Source of the DNA: Sulfolobales archaeon HS-7
Lineage (GTDB): Archaea; Thermoproteota; Thermoprotei_A; Sulfolobales; Sulfolobaceae
Length of the DNA stretch: 64,000 bases
Direction of reading: 5' to 3'
NCBI GenBank assembly: GCA_019704295.1
Contig: AP024596.1
Coordinates: forward strand, 1,440,001-1,504,000
The position numbers and the translations under genes were made by a program. Below the pieces are notes generated by a model that worked only from the letters and a program-made list of their open reading frames with translations, made no database searches and was not told the DNA's origin. Below, one piece after another: positions 51,398 to 61,647 of the stretch (positions are counted from its first letter, which is position 1; every line of letters starts with the position of its first letter).

Positions 51398-51767
51398 TCC
51401 GGTGCATTAAGACTGCGGGTAGAAAGGTGTTGCTAGGTTTACGTACAGTAGATAGAAAGGTAATCCGGTCGGGATATTCATTTAGAGTGTGAAGCTATTC
51501 GAAACGAATTACTTGATCCCACGAATAAACTCTAAAGATCAACGCCCTTAACGCTCCTACATCCCTATCAGGGGATAACGCTTTTTGGTCTTTAAGTTAG
51601 CTGATTTAAGCGAAAACTTCCAACATATGTGAAACTCTTAAATACCCAAACTTAAGAAGACCTTACCATAATCCCTTCACTTCACTGAAGGATCATACAA
51701 AGATTTAGCAGTATGTGCCGTATCTTTTACTAGGTAAAATCGAGACCCCCATCTTTTTAAATTCAGG

Positions 51768-53516
51768 ATGCAATTTTCGATGATGTTTTCATCTCTTTTA
51801 GAACTTGGGAAAAATCGGGAGGTAACTCAGGAGGTAAAACTTCCAATAAAGAAATTGAAGAACACTAAAGGAGATCTCTGTTTCGTAATCTTCGATAACG
51901 ATAATAAACAGGTTAGGGTGGAGAGATATCGACTGTATAAAGGGGCAGAGGATGACCTTGCCTACATCGGTAATGCAGGACCTCAAAAGGATCAGGTGGA
52001 ATTAACCTCTAACAATATGAAATACGTGATCGGATTTGATAGGAAGGACAAGACTTCTCCTTCAGAAAAGTACTTAAAGAAGAAGTTCGCAATTCAGGTA
52101 GTTGCTGATAAATTGAGGGGAACGGAATTAGGTGAGATCTTAGGAAGGGTTCTAAACTGGTACAAACCAGACCCAATTAAGTATGCAGAGCTTAAACAGT
52201 ACAAAGATTGCGCACTATACTCAGTTAAGGTTATGGATCAAGGGAGGGAATTAACTGTTGCTAAAGATCCTAAGTACAGGGAATTATTATCAAAGGTGGG
52301 AGATACTGTTGATGGAGTGTGCCAGTTGTGCGGTTCACAAGGCGTACTCAAAAACCCGAATTATACTGACGGTTCAATTCTGAAAATCTTCATAACGGAT
52401 AAAAAGGGTTTCCTGCCGAATCATTCTAAAGATAACGTAATTCTCGCTCATGCGATCTGTCCTTCGTGCAAAAGGAGTCTTGAGTTAGGATGTAACTTTG
52501 TCCAGCAGGATCTGGTGGCGACTCTCGGTAAGCTTAACGCCTACATTATACCAGATTTGCCTAAGGAGGGACTCACACAATTCTTAGACCTTTACAAACC
52601 AAGTAAGGAGGGCTTCCTGCTAAAACATCTAGAAGACGTCAGAAAAGCGGAGAGGGATGTACAGGAGACTGCTGAATCCCTTGGAGTTGAGCCTAGGCTA
52701 ACTATAGTTTTCGGGAAAAGGGATAGAGCCAAATTCAGGGTATGGAGGGTAATCCCAGAGGTAAACTATATGAGACTTATCGAAGTGGTAAAGGCATTTG
52801 GCAAGGCCGCTGCCATTATGCAAGTTAAAGAGAATCCCTCATTCAATGATCTCTATTCCATTTTACCGGTAAGGGAAACCAGGAATGGCGTTGATCCCAG
52901 GTATTTTCTGGACTTCATGGAATCCCTCATTCAGGACTATCCCCTAGATCCCGGCCTGGTCTATAGAGTCTTCCTTGAGTCGATAAGGTGTAAGAGATAC
53001 AATACCTGTGAGAACAGCAAAACCAAAAAACATAGTTTAAGGAATATCGTGTTACTTCAGGAAACGTTTATATACTCAATGAAAATATTGGGTATTATGG
53101 GAGAGGAAATTGACAAGCAGGAGGAAGTAAATAAGGACAGAACTCCACAAGGAGTTGCAGATTCACTGGGTCTAAGGGGAGGGAAAAAAGGTCTATACTT
53201 ACTAGGATACCTCACAGCACAGGTAGGAAAGGAACAGGCGAAGAAGGGAGATGAGAAGAAAGCGATATTAGACAAGATAGACTTCGAGGGAATGGATTAC
53301 GATGATGTAATAACTTTCGCTAATAGACTAGTGGAGTCCCTGAGGGACTACAAAGTTTTCCACTACAATGAGGGAGTGCTGGGGGAAGCAATGAGGTTGA
53401 TCGCTGAGGACAGGAATTCCCTAGCGAATCCTCAGGAGAATGTCTTTCTGATCCTGTTAGGATACTCCTACAGTACGAAGCAGATATTCGAGAACAGTAA
53501 ACAAGTAGTTTCCTGA
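51768..53516 (+). CDS. cas8b: Cas8b (Csh1-like) large subunit
   Basis: CQLCG..CPSC Zn motif, FITDKKGF, YLLGYL..Q and C-terminal FLILLGY; upstream of cas7. Confidence 0.85.
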   Translation: MQFSMMFSSLLELGKNREVTQEVKLPIKKLKNTKGDLCFVIFDNDNKQVRVERYRLYKGAEDDLAYIGNAGPQKDQVELTSNNMKYVIGFDRKDKTSPSEKYLKKKFAIQVVADKLRGTELGEILGRVLNWYKPDPIKYAELKQYKDCALYSVKVMDQGRELTVAKDPKYRELLSKVGDTVDGVCQLCGSQGVLKNPNYTDGSILKIFITDKKGFLPNHSKDNVILAHAICPSCKRSLELGCNFVQQDLVATLGKLNAYIIPDLPKEGLTQFLDLYKPSKEGFLLKHLEDVRKAERDVQETAESLGVEPRLTIVFGKRDRAKFRVWRVIPEVNYMRLIEVVKAFGKAAAIMQVKENPSFNDLYSILPVRETRNGVDPRYFLDFMESLIQDYPLDPGLVYRVFLESIRCKRYNTCENSKTKKHSLRNIVLLQETFIYSMKILGIMGEEIDKQEEVNKDRTPQGVADSLGLRGGKKGLYLLGYLTAQVGKEQAKKGDEKKAILDKIDFEGMDYDDVITFANRLVESLRDYKVFHYNEGVLGEAMRLIAEDRNSLANPQENVFLILLGYSYSTKQIFENSKQVVS

Positions 53517-54014
53517 ATTGAACATTAAAAGGTAGGGCTTTTATTTGAAATAACCTTCTTCAAGGTCATCAATTAACATTGCACGATATAATCGTGATAG
53601 GAATAAAGTCTTGGCGTTTAGAGTCGAGGAGGTGGGTAATACTCAATAACTTAATCAGTAAAATTCGTAAAGGGATTTTGTCCCAATCCCCCCGTACCTT
53701 CTGAGCAATGAAATGTATTCATTCCTAAAGGCTCATGACGTTGTAGTTTTTATTGTTATAAAGATAAAGGGGTTTGAATTCACCCATCCATACTATCTTG
53801 AAATGGGTATACCTATTAACTGGTATGCTGAAAATACGCGGAACTCCCGGGAACTTGAGTAATGGAAGACGTGAAGGCCTATTCACAACTCAGTGAATTG
53901 CCTCACTCAGTTACATGCAAAAAACTCTAGTTCTCATACCGCATTAACTAAGGAATTTTCCTAGAGATCTAGGTCTCGTAAAGCTTTATATAGTTTTAGA
54001 TATTATCATAGTGT

Positions 54015-54950
54015 ATGAGTACAAATTCTCCTTCTAAAAACTCCGAAATATTGCTTATTTACGAGGTCAAAATGGCGAACCCGAACGGAGATCCCGACGA
54101 TGAGAATAGACCAAGAATGGATCCGAAAACGAAGACAAACATAGTTACAGACGTGAGGATAAAAAGGTTTTTCAGGGATCTCATCATAGAGAGGGAGGGA
54201 GAGAACGCGATATGGGTGTCTAAAGTTGATGGGAAAATCGTAAACGCTACTAATAAAATAGAGAAATTCCAAACTTATGAAGATATGCTAAAGTCGTGCA
54301 TTGACGCTAGGCTCTTTGGTGCTACTATACCTAAAATGGGACGTAAAAAGGGTGAAGGGAAAGAGAAGGGCGAGTCCATATCGTTTACAGGTCCTCTACA
54401 ACTGACCTGGGGTTACTCGTTGCACAAGGTAGACTTAATGGATACCAGGAGTATAACATCTACATTCTCTTCTGGAAGGAAGGAGGGTTCTGAACGGGAG
54501 GAAGATGAGGAAACAACAGGTAAAGAGTACGGAACAATAGGTAAGGATTACAGGGTGTACTACTCCCTTATAGCGTTTTACGGGGCTTTCAGCTATAGGA
54601 GAGCCTTGAAGACCAACGCGACTAAGGAGGATTTAAGGAAATTCGAAAACTTACTTTGGGATGCTATACTCTCACAATCGGTTACCAGGAGCAAGATAGG
54701 TCATTACCCCCACATCTACATGAGAGTTGAGTGGAACGAACAGGACAAATTCGAGGGAGACCTGAGGAGGTACATAAAGGTTAAGGAGAAAAAGGACGCC
54801 GTAAGATCCCTAGAGGACCTGGAGCTGGACTTCTCTCAACTAATCGCAAAGGTTAGCGGAGCAACGGTATACGGAAGGTGTTCACAGGAGATGAACTTCG
54901 TCTGCGACAAGCTAAAGCAAGTGGCAAAGTTCATCTCAATTCCGTATTAG
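54015..54950 (+). CDS. cas7: Cas7b/Csh2
   Basis: ANPNGDPDDENRPRMD, VTDVRIKR, DARLFGAT, TGPLQ, TRSK. Confidence 0.95.
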   Translation: MSTNSPSKNSEILLIYEVKMANPNGDPDDENRPRMDPKTKTNIVTDVRIKRFFRDLIIEREGENAIWVSKVDGKIVNATNKIEKFQTYEDMLKSCIDARLFGATIPKMGRKKGEGKEKGESISFTGPLQLTWGYSLHKVDLMDTRSITSTFSSGRKEGSEREEDEETTGKEYGTIGKDYRVYYSLIAFYGAFSYRRALKTNATKEDLRKFENLLWDAILSQSVTRSKIGHYPHIYMRVEWNEQDKFEGDLRRYIKVKEKKDAVRSLEDLELDFSQLIAKVSGATVYGRCSQEMNFVCDKLKQVAKFISIPY

Positions 54951-54958
54951 GTGTTAAC

Positions 54959-55657
54959 GTGAAGGTATTAAGAGCAGTAATTAAGGGTAAGATGGCTCAC
55001 TTTAGAAAGGTTTACAGTAACTCCACCTCCTTGTCTTATTACTTTCCACCTAGAACGACAGTCCTAGGAATTATCGCAGCCGCGCTGGGAAAGGAAAGGG
55101 ACAGCTACTACTCGGAGTTTAATGTCTACAATGTAGGGGTTGCGACCTTAACTCCTCTGAGGAAGTTAGTTACAGCAGAGGACATTCTAGACACGGATGA
55201 ACTTAACACAACCAAGTTTAGAGGATTTAGTAATAGAGTTCCCACGACCAAGGAAATCGTGATAGCGTCAAGGGGCGATTTCCTAAGTTACGAGATTTTC
55301 ATAAATCCCCTTAATCAAGAATTGGAAAAGAGTATGAGGGAGCCTGTCTACCCCCTATCCCTGGGCCCCGCTAACATGTTGGCCTGGGTTGATGAGGTTG
55401 AGGAGGTGGACTGTGACGAGTTGCCGTCAGGAAGCGCAGAGGTGGTAGGGGCTGTTCCGGCGGAGGTAAAGGTCAAGTTCTCCTCCAAAGTTCAGATTTC
55501 CTTAGAGGACACCGTACCCCGTGATTTCTCATCGGGGAGAGTTCCCGGAAGGGCAAGGAACTACTACTTTTCCGTAAACGGTTCGCCTTACGAAATAGAG
55601 TACAATTCTCCCTTGAATGGCGTAATGTGTAATGGGCGTGGAGTAGTATTCCTTTAA
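54959..55657 (+). CDS. cas5: Cas5b
   Basis: AHFRKVYSNSTSLSYYFPPRTTVLGIIAAALG and YPLSLG; GTG start at 54959. Confidence 0.93.
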   Translation: MKVLRAVIKGKMAHFRKVYSNSTSLSYYFPPRTTVLGIIAAALGKERDSYYSEFNVYNVGVATLTPLRKLVTAEDILDTDELNTTKFRGFSNRVPTTKEIVIASRGDFLSYEIFINPLNQELEKSMREPVYPLSLGPANMLAWVDEVEEVDCDELPSGSAEVVGAVPAEVKVKFSSKVQISLEDTVPRDFSSGRVPGRARNYYFSVNGSPYEIEYNSPLNGVMCNGRGVVFL

Positions 55658-56376
55658 GGTTTTGCATTAAACTGAGGAGTATATCAGGAGAAATACCCGT
55701 ACACTACAACTACTTCATAGAGTCGATGATCTATCGCCACCTCCCTCCGAAGACCAGGAAATCCCTACATGAGAACGGTGTCAGGCAGGGTCCAAGGAAA
55801 TTCAAGCTTTTCACGTTCTCCAGACTTTACGGGGACTTCGTCAGAAGAGACAATTCCCTGATCTTCAGGGACTTCGCTTACCTGTGCATATCCTCTGTAC
55901 TAACGAGGGAAATGAGGCTTCTCATAAACAGTCTGTCAAAGGAGTCGTCAATAAGAATTGGAAAGTGCGTTCTTAATGTGGACAGCATGAGGGTTCTTGA
56001 GTTTCCCGACAACGAGGAACGGGAGTTTTACACGTTATCGCCTATAGTAGTGACGAAGAGGACTAACGAGACCAAGTACTTATTACCCTTTGATGACGAA
56101 TACAACATGAGGTTATCCCTGAACCTAAAGAGAAAGGTTAAGGCAGTTACAGGAAGGGAACCAATGTCAGAGATCAAGTTCAGATTCCTAAAATGGAGGA
56201 GGGTGATCACCCTTTACAAGGGAAACCCCGTTATTGGAGTTATGGGAAAGTTTAAACTCTACTCAACTAAAACTGAATTGAAGGTCGGATATTTCGCGGG
56301 TCTCGGTGTGAAGAACAGTCAGGGATTCGGAATGTTCGAATTTGAAGGGATTAGCGTAAGGGATTTACTGGGATAA
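55654..56376 (+). CDS. cas6: Cas6 endoribonuclease (start codon ambiguous)
   Basis: FKLFTFSRL, TLSPIVV, GLGVKNSQGFG. Homology-like sequence extends 24 codons upstream of the first ATG at 55726. Confidence 0.92.
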   Translation, partial: LRFCIKLRSISGEIPVHYNYFIESMIYRHLPPKTRKSLHENGVRQGPRKFKLFTFSRLYGDFVRRDNSLIFRDFAYLCISSVLTREMRLLINSLSKESSIRIGKCVLNVDSMRVLEFPDNEEREFYTLSPIVVTKRTNETKYLLPFDDEYNMRLSLNLKRKVKAVTGREPMSEIKFRFLKWRRVITLYKGNPVIGVMGKFKLYSTKTELKVGYFAGLGVKNSQGFGMFEFEGISVRDLLG

Positions 56377-56593
56377 TAAGAAGAGGATGAAAGACGCCTT
56401 GAGGGCGATATTGGTTTTTCTTAAATTTGATTTACAGAAGGGAGAATGTAATAGGGTAAACCGTGAGCGTATTCCTACTTCCTGACGGATTAACTAGATT
56501 CGTTAATAATCTGAACACGGGATGGATCCTCGAAGACCGCACGTGCATCAAGTAAAAATTGCATCGTGGAATGCGTTTAAGAGCGCAACATAT

Positions 56594-57004
56594 CTATTCA
56601 ATATAAGTTACCTTAATGTACTTAACTCCAACGTCGGATTGCCTCTTATCACTACTTAGTAATTCGTCATTCATGGCCTTTGCCAATGCTATGAACAAGG
56701 AATCATAAAGGGACAACCCCTCCTTTACGCTTATATTTAATGCCTCCTTAACGTAACTCCCACTCTCCTTAATCTCCACTACACTGGTGAAAAGATCTAT
56801 TGAGGCAACTAGTTTCTCGAGGTCTACTTTTCCCCTCAATAAATACACCTTTTTCCACAAAATGTTATATAATTCTATGATGGCTAAATCAAGCGAAATT
56901 ATTTTGTTTTCTTTCTCAATTCTCTCTTCGACTTTATCCCAATTTTTCTCCCTAAATAGATACTTAGCAATAGTAGAAGTGTCAATGACCGCTATCTCTA
57001 TCAT
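56594..57004 (-). CDS. vapC: VapC/PIN toxin (appears intact)
   Basis: VIDTS..., IIELYN, LSLYDSLFIALA, LLSSDKRQ. Confidence 0.9.
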   Translation of the reverse strand: MIEIAVIDTSTIAKYLFREKNWDKVEERIEKENKIISLDLAIIELYNILWKKVYLLRGKVDLEKLVASIDLFTSVVEIKESGSYVKEALNISVKEGLSLYDSLFIALAKAMNDELLSSDKRQSDVGVKYIKVTYIE

Positions 57005-57215
57005 CCCTCAATAACTTATCGTGAAGTCCTATTTCTTCCTCCTGTAAATTCCCTAGGATTCCGTCAATTTCCTGTAATACCCTTCTCTTCTTTATCTCCC
57101 TTAATTTCTCCTCAATGAACTTCTCCATTTCCTTACTCCAATCTACTTCATGCTTATACCTCTCCATTTCATCACGCAACTCTTTTCTTATCCTAACACT
57201 GTAAACAGTTTTCAT
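56982..57215 (-). CDS. vapB: RHH/CcdA-like VapB antitoxin
   Basis: TVYSVRIRKELRDEM...VDWSKEMEKFIEEK; overlaps vapC. Confidence 0.85.
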   Translation of the reverse strand: MKTVYSVRIRKELRDEMERYKHEVDWSKEMEKFIEEKLREIKKRRVLQEIDGILGNLQEEEIGLHDKLLRDDRDSGH

Positions 57216-58145
57216 AGATGAATGTTGTATACAGGGAAATATAAATCTAAAGGGAGTACACTGATCATAAAATGAGGTTAAATATTACGCGATGATATAC
57301 TATCCGCGATAAGCGCTGTTTTAAAAACTAAATTTTGGGATAAAAATAACACCTACTGTGACTGTCAATCAGCACGATAATATAAGCGGATAATGAGAGA
57401 TTGAATATCTTTGCTGATTTCGTAAGCTGGGAAAAATCCCACTATGCCCTAATTAACCATAGAACTTATAACGCTGAAAACCCCGCTTCGACAACAATTT
57501 TTGAGTTGTGTGGTTAGATGCGACTATACTTAATGAATTAATTTTATATTATTCCTTTTATTATTAAATAAATTGAATTTTCACAAAACATTTTTATAAC
57601 CTCTTGTTTATCTAGATATTCCTACTGATTATTCATTCGACAGATCATAAGTTAGGGGACGTTATGCTTAGCCAGACACTATAGGGCAAGCGCTGATCCT
57701 CTCACCTAGAGAATGTGCTCGTTTTACACCAATAGTAGTCTTGTCCTTAATTAACTCAGCGAGCATAATTAGTCCTTACCTATTTAGGACTTGATGGGGG
57801 AAAGCTGAAACTAATTTTTAACCTCTTTGAAGACTGTAAAGCGTTTTTCAGCTGTAGCGGGGAGAAAAATGAATTTTTTACTAACATGTATATATTTTGT
57901 CAGACTTTAAAAACCAAGGTTTCCAGTTAGCATATAATAAACCTTGAAAAGTATGATTCACAGTGGTCCACAGAGTTAAACGTGTTATGTATACCTCATG
58001 AGAGATTTCCCTACCCTCAAGGTCCGACTATGTATAAGAGCTTACTAAGGAGAGGTTACTTAATTAAGCGACTTGTTAAGAGGCGACCTTTTCCCTACTT
58101 TACCTGATGTGAGCTTTTACTTCCTTCATAAATGAGGCTTGTCGT

Positions 58146-59603
58146 TCAATTGTGTTTAGGTCGCCATTTTCTATATCTTTCTCTTGGAACATACCTCACA
58201 CTTCTCCTTCTTCTCCTTCTCATAATCTTCCTTATAAGACTATAAATACCGAAAAACACCAAAAATATGAATACAAAGCCTATGATAAGATATACGACTC
58301 CAGATTGTAACTGAGATGTTGATGAGGAATTATAAACAAGATAAAGCCTCGGTAGTTCGTTTACAGTTATCTGTTTCCAAAATACGTCGTTTCCAAGTAC
58401 GACAAATGCCGTACCGTTAACGTTAACTACCATAAGGTTATCTGAGGCCTCCTCCGTCACACCAAAAGAGTAAAATGAGGAAGGTGTAATAACTGTTCCG
58501 TTGAGTAGCACCATCTGAAGTCCTAGGCTAGCATTCATCTTCTCAAAAAATGTGTGTTCCCCGTTACTTTCTCCTGCAAACACTAAGTCGAGATCGTATG
58601 GGTCGCGACTTGGCGTCATATTAAACGGGTTGATAAGCAGAGATGCAGAGACTGTGCCGAGTTGATGAATCGTGACGTTATCATACCACATTATCCCCGG
58701 ACCTAGGTTATACCCGAACGAAACGGATACGGAACTGGCGGATATGAAATCTAATCTCGTGTAGAGGATAACCGAAAACGGATACGAGTAGTTTCCGCTT
58801 GTTCCAAATGACGCATAATAATAGTCGTTTTCATTTTTGTAGAAGTATACGTGACCGTCTCCGGTTACTGTAGAGTTACTGAGAAACGACCTTTCAGCGG
58901 TATAGTTCCATACATTGTCTTCTATATAGAAGGAGTTATTGTTTGTTAGAAAGTCAACTACGTTCTGTAGCCAGTAGTCATAAGTGCCATAAGTGGTGTT
59001 AACCTGTAATACCGCGTTCATCTGTAAGCCAGCGCCCCAAGGACTTGTCCCTTTAGGCGGGGTAGAGTTGTAGGCAAGTATTGAATAAACGGTTGCATAC
59101 CCTATTGCCTCCTGATAAGGTATTATAGTTCCTACTATTGTCCCTGACTCATTTGCGACACCGTAGAAACCTAACCCTATCGGGGCTGGTAATGAGGAGT
59201 GGTAGGTTAAGGGAAGTATAGGTAATACGGTAGCTCTAAGACACGTGCTAATTACACTATTCGTGATGTTGTTATAAGCCAACACAAAATATTCCCCTTC
59301 GCTTAATGGCTTGAAGTTCTGATTAACGCTCTGCGTAACTATTGTATAAAGAGAGGAAGTTCTCTGACCTTGACGAAACTCATTGAATTGTTGCTGGTTC
59401 ATTATCATAAACGTGACTGGTGAGGAGGCGTATAATTTTACGTGAATGAACTGACCGTTGTATACCGTAACATTGTAGTAGAGATAATAGTTAGGTTGTA
59501 ATGAAGTGACCCCAGAGCTTTGGGCATTAAGTAGAGATAATGGGGTTAACGGAAGAGTTAAAAGTGCAAGAAATATCATTCGAACCCATTTAGACAATAG
59601 CAT
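58146..59603 (-). CDS. Thermopsin-family (A5) membrane-anchored protease
   Basis: Signal peptide, APIGLGFYG, LQMNAVL, YWLQNV, DNVWN, C-terminal TM helix and Arg-rich tail. Confidence 0.85.
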   Translation of the reverse strand: MLLSKWVRMIFLALLTLPLTPLSLLNAQSSGVTSLQPNYYLYYNVTVYNGQFIHVKLYASSPVTFMIMNQQQFNEFRQGQRTSSLYTIVTQSVNQNFKPLSEGEYFVLAYNNITNSVISTCLRATVLPILPLTYHSSLPAPIGLGFYGVANESGTIVGTIIPYQEAIGYATVYSILAYNSTPPKGTSPWGAGLQMNAVLQVNTTYGTYDYWLQNVVDFLTNNNSFYIEDNVWNYTAERSFLSNSTVTGDGHVYFYKNENDYYYASFGTSGNYSYPFSVILYTRLDFISASSVSVSFGYNLGPGIMWYDNVTIHQLGTVSASLLINPFNMTPSRDPYDLDLVFAGESNGEHTFFEKMNASLGLQMVLLNGTVITPSSFYSFGVTEEASDNLMVVNVNGTAFVVLGNDVFWKQITVNELPRLYLVYNSSSTSQLQSGVVYLIIGFVFIFLVFFGIYSLIRKIMRRRRRRSVRYVPRERYRKWRPKHN

Positions 59604-60108
59604 CGCTTCATCATCATATAGTAGGGTAAATAAATCTTCATATATACACGTATAATACACGTCACTATGTTTTTTGTTCTCAGTAACCTTTCGTGATTTT
59701 GGTATAAGGGCCTAAACAAAAAGGGGAAAATCACAACACTTTAGTTATGGAATGAACTCAGGGCTCAATTAAGTCTCTGAAAAACTAAATTCCCGAAGGA
59801 TAGACAATCAGGAACGCTTTTAGTGATAAAGCTAAACAAGTCGGGAGGAGGGATATTCACGAGTCCTTTCCAAATTCAGTTTATTTTAAGAGAAAGTGCG
59901 AATTTATTTGAATATTATTGAATCTACAGTGTAGGGATTTATGCGTAGTTTAATTATTATACTATCTTATTCACAAATTAAAATGTGAAAAGAACCCTAA
60001 ATTACATATTAGGATTTTCTACGCTCCCACTTACACCTTAGATGAGATATGAAGTGGGTATCATAGGATCGGATAACTCACATTTTGAGATACATCTCCG
60101 GAAATTAG

Positions 60109-61284
60109 TCACTTGACCTTCTCTCTTATTGCATCAGCAATTTTCATCAAACTATCAGGTCCTATACTATCCTCTGATTTAGGAGGTTCCTCCAATATTC
60201 CTACCAATCCCGCCCTGGGAATTCCGAAGTTCTTTATCCTCTCTAAGGCCCTTTTCCCCTCACTTTCGGTAAACCTATTCTTTACCTCATATGCAATAAA
60301 TGGCCTTCCCTTCCTTAACAGAACCACGTCTATATCCCCTTGCGGAGTGTAGCCCAGCTCTGCGTCATAATACTCAGCTAGCATTTCCCCAATGGCGAAT
60401 TGAATCTCCTTTGAGATGGGGTAGGTTAAATTGACCGGACCTACTCCTTCAGAAATCCTGTATTTAGCCTCTGCATAGAACACAACGCTCATTATCGGAG
60501 ACTCAAGATCGTAATACCACTCGCTACCCTTTCCTCCTCTGTAGACTTTGATTTTCTTTATAAGACCCATTTTGAACAGGGTTGTCAAGTAGGAGGATAC
60601 CTTAGAGGGGTTAATGTCCATTCTAGACTGTAGTTTCGCGGAAATCATGGTGGAGTTCCACATACCCTCAGATATCTCCAGTAATATGGCTTCATACGTT
60701 TGGGTCAGTTTCCTCTCCTCCTCCTGAAACACTTCCCCTATTAATCCCTTATTAATGTAGTAGAAGGATTGAGGGTTTCTCCTCACATCGTCCCAGTCGG
60801 TTGCATGTTCTGTAATCCAAGGATCTCTGAAAAGCAGGGCCTTATACGGGTCTTTGACGCTAATTAGGGCATCGCTAAATTTGATTATTCCCATCTTGTA
60901 GGGCACTACTAAACCTAAAAATGGGCTATTGCTCTCCACGACCCTATTGATTACTCCTAAAGAACTCGCCAAGAGGATCAGGGTGCCCCTAGGATAGGCC
61001 GTGGACAATAAATCAAGGTACTTCTCAGGTAATCTCTGAAATTCGTCTAGAATGACGGTCCTCCCGTTTTTGAGCGAGGATTGAATTCTGCTCATTCCTT
61101 CGTGAAGGGGTAATTCCTCATTCTCGTAAATTACGGACAAAGTTCTAGAAATCAAATAATATTCGTCGAAATCTACGCACTTCTTAACGAGGTAAGTTTT
61201 CCCTACTTTTCTCCTGCCGTAAATTAGCCTCCATCCCTTTAAATTTCTTATCTCATCGCACTCCCTTCTTCTTATGTCAAACAT
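60109..61284 (-). CDS. Archaeal ATPase with wHTH and C-terminal PD-(D/E)xK-like domain
   Basis: IYGRRKVGKT, ILDEFQRL, DIDVV...AYEVK. Confidence 0.88.
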   Translation of the reverse strand: MFDIRRRECDEIRNLKGWRLIYGRRKVGKTYLVKKCVDFDEYYLISRTLSVIYENEELPLHEGMSRIQSSLKNGRTVILDEFQRLPEKYLDLLSTAYPRGTLILLASSLGVINRVVESNSPFLGLVVPYKMGIIKFSDALISVKDPYKALLFRDPWITEHATDWDDVRRNPQSFYYINKGLIGEVFQEEERKLTQTYEAILLEISEGMWNSTMISAKLQSRMDINPSKVSSYLTTLFKMGLIKKIKVYRGGKGSEWYYDLESPIMSVVFYAEAKYRISEGVGPVNLTYPISKEIQFAIGEMLAEYYDAELGYTPQGDIDVVLLRKGRPFIAYEVKNRFTESEGKRALERIKNFGIPRAGLVGILEEPPKSEDSIGPDSLMKIADAIREKVK

Positions 61285-61647
61285 ATATTCCCCAATATAT
61301 ATTCCGGAATATAAGAATATAAATATCCACTAGAATTGCTTGATCTAAGGATGTCGTAAATTGTCTAAATTTTGCAAGGTATTCGAGGAACCCAGAAATA
61401 CGCAGTTTACGCAGTTAATGAGAGGTAGCTCTCCAATGCACAGAATACGCTCTACTAAAGAACAGGGTGGAACTTTTCTTGACCCCACTTGATAATGGCC
61501 TAAGCCCCAAAGGCTAACACAAAAGTTATTGACAGAGGGTGATGACTTCCTAAACTTTAAGAAATGATCAGAACTAAATATATCAAGAGTTGCGATTCAC
61601 TTTATAGATCTCAAAAGATTTAAATTCGTACATGTATAGGTTAACTT

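Noticed and set aside
53517-54014. CreTA-like mini-array in the cas8b-cas7 gap (e.g. GTTTGAATTC...CTTGAAAT)
   Set aside because: Only the ends resemble the repeat; there is no convincing second repeat or target, and chance is plausible in AT-rich DNA.
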